A stretch of DNA of 64,000 bases from an uncultured Phascolarctobacterium sp. (lineage in GTDB: Bacteria > Bacillota > Negativicutes > Acidaminococcales > Acidaminococcaceae), in assembly GCA_947589605.1 (NCBI GenBank), contig CANQBR010000002.1, positions 7,361 to 71,360 on the forward strand, read 5' to 3'. Under the pieces are notes generated by a model that ran no database searches, was not told where the DNA came from, and saw only the letters and a list, made by a program, of their open reading frames with translations. The translations under genes and the position numbers were made by a program. The first letter of the stretch is position 1, and each line of letters opens with the position of its first letter. This document shows positions 62,512 to 64,000 of this stretch, in pieces.

Positions 62512-63141
62512 ATGTTCAACGGTTTCGATCTTGCCAGCATGGTCTTTCGCATCCCGGCCCTGCTTTTGGCTATATCCATCCACGAATATGCCCACGCCCA
62601 GTGCGCCGACAGTTTGGGAGACCCGACCCCTCGGCTCATGGGCCGTCTTACTTTAAATCCGTTGGCTCATCTCGACCCTATCGGTGCGCTGCTCTTGGTG
62701 GTGTGCGGCTTCGGCTGGGCCAAACCGGTATCCATCAACTTCAACAACATCTATCCTCGCCGCAGCGGCATGATCAAGATCTCCGTGGCCGGAGTGGCCG
62801 CCAATCTTTTTCTTTGCTTTTTGGCTGCGTTTCTCATGGCTTTGATGAGCAGGCTGGGGCTTTTGAGCGATACCCTTTACAGGTTTTTCCTCTGGCTGCA
62901 GCTTTACAATGTTTGGTTTGCTTTTTTCAATCTCGTTCCCATTCCGCCTCTGGACGGCTATCGCCTGCTGACGGAGCTGCTGCCGGGCCGCTTGGCCTGG
63001 TCTTACGATAACTTCGTCGGTCGCTTCGGGCTCTGGCTGCTTTTGGCTTTGGTGGTTTCCGGCCTCATCGGCTGGCTCATCAATCCTCCGGCCCGGCTCT
63101 ATATGCTGTTGGTGAATCGCGTCTTGGGGCTTATCTTTTAA
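62512..63141 (+). CDS. site-2 protease family (M50) zinc metalloprotease
   Basis: HEYAHA (HExxH) in TM1 and NLVPIPPLDG (NxxPxxxLDG). Polytopic. Confidence 0.85.
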   Translation: MFNGFDLASMVFRIPALLLAISIHEYAHAQCADSLGDPTPRLMGRLTLNPLAHLDPIGALLLVVCGFGWAKPVSINFNNIYPRRSGMIKISVAGVAANLFLCFLAAFLMALMSRLGLLSDTLYRFFLWLQLYNVWFAFFNLVPIPPLDGYRLLTELLPGRLAWSYDNFVGRFGLWLLLALVVSGLIGWLINPPARLYMLLVNRVLGLIF

Positions 63142-63170
63142 CATCATCTTACCGCAAAGGGGTTTTTGAC

Positions 63171-64000
63171 ATGAACAAAGGCAGGATCTTCAGCGGCATG
63201 CAGCCTTCCGGCCGCTTTCATCTGGGCAACTACATGGGCGCTTTGGAGAATTGGGTGCGCTTGCAGCACGAATACGAGTGCTTCTTCGCCATCGTCGATC
63301 TTCACGCGCTCACTTCCAGCTATGCGGACACTTCCAAGCTGCAGGAAAATATCCACCAGATGGCCATCGATTGGCTCAGCGCCGGTCTCGACCCGGAGAA
63401 GAACGTGATCTTCCTCCAGAGCCATGTGCAGGAGCATGCGGAGCTGGCCCTGCTCTTGGGCATGCTCACGCCCCTTTCTTGGCTGGAGCGGGTGCCCACT
63501 TACAAAGATAAACTGCGCGACTTGGAAGACAGCGGCAAAGATCTTCACACCTACGGTTTTTTGGGCTACCCGGTGCTGATGGCCGCCGACATCATCCTCT
63601 ATAAGGCTACGCGGGTGCCGGTGGGCGAAGATCAAAGCGCTCATTTGGAGTTGACCAGAGAGATAGTGCGCCGTTTTAATCATCTTTACAAACAGGAAGT
63701 GTTCCCCGAACCGCAGGCGGTCTTCTCCAAGGCCAAGGTGCTGCCGGGCATCGATGGGCGCAAGATGAGCAAATCTTACGACAACACCATCCCCTTCGGT
63801 GCTTCTCCCGAAGAATTGTGGGAGAGGGTGAGGATGATGACCACCGACCCGGCCCGCATCCGCAAAACAGACCCGGGCCATCCGGAAGTTTGCATCGTTC
63901 ATCGCTTCCAAAAAGTGTTCAATGAAGAAGAAGTCGAAAATATCACCGCTCAGTGCAGGGCCGGCGAGATCGGCTGCATGCAGTGCAAGCGCTGCTTGGC
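63171..64000 (+). CDS. trpS: tryptophan--tRNA ligase, N-terminal ~276 codons; runs off the right edge
   Basis: My own translation gives MNKGRIFSGMQPSGRFHLGNYMGALENWV... (HIGH-type motif), ...GEDQSAHLELTREI..., KMSKSYDN. Not in the ORF track because there is no stop in the window. Confidence 0.9.
   Translation, partial: MNKGRIFSGMQPSGRFHLGNYMGALENWVRLQHEYECFFAIVDLHALTSSYADTSKLQENIHQMAIDWLSAGLDPEKNVIFLQSHVQEHAELALLLGMLTPLSWLERVPTYKDKLRDLEDSGKDLHTYGFLGYPVLMAADIILYKATRVPVGEDQSAHLELTREIVRRFNHLYKQEVFPEPQAVFSKAKVLPGIDGRKMSKSYDNTIPFGASPEELWERVRMMTTDPARIRKTDPGHPEVCIVHRFQKVFNEEEVENITAQCRAGEIGCMQCKRCL

Noticed and set aside
63142-63170. A T-box leader upstream of trpS.
   Set aside because: Only 29 nt separate the M50 protease stop from the trpS start, so there is no room for a T-box. 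trpS appears to be co-transcribed with the protease gene.

Overview
This is a 64-kb chromosomal window with high G+C (about 58-65% in spot counts of coding lines) and dense coding. I recognise no rRNA, tRNA, CRISPR array, transposase or integrase by eye.

The gene content looks like a diderm Firmicute (Negativicutes-like); this is inference. Firmicute markers are ctsR-clpC-radA, ylbF, yqeG, yhaM and trmK-nif3. They sit beside Skp/OmpH, ExbB-ExbD-TonB and an LPS-type GT8 glycosyltransferase.

Housekeeping genes include murB, rpsB-tsf, trpS, glutamate dehydrogenase, an RNase E/G-family gene, an OmpR/HK two-component pair, and a cobamide nucleotide-loop operon (cobU-cobT-cobS-cobT-like-cobC).

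The stand-out feature is a tightly coupled seven-gene operon at 3470-14644:
- It encodes ChlI-like and ChlD-like chelatase subunits, a NifH-like ATPase, two NifD/K-like paralogs, a CobN-family large chelatase subunit, and a radical-SAM/SPASM enzyme.
- It lies behind a MerR-type promoter (19-bp spacer with an internal dyad), next to a divergent MerR/GyrI-like regulator.
- It is flanked by BtuC/FecCD-type and BtuF-type ABC transport components and by exbB-exbD-tonB.
- I interpret it as an uncharacterised nitrogenase-like tetrapyrrole-processing system.

Other points:
- a His-rich duplicated small protein
- several degenerate purine-rich tandem repeat arrays in intergenic DNA
- a nif3 gene broken at an A6 run
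- a low-GC single-gene GT8 islet
- a McsA-like zinc ribbon fused to ClpC with no mcsB
- a degenerate second CobT paralog

All functional calls come from motif recognition by eye. No database search was possible.
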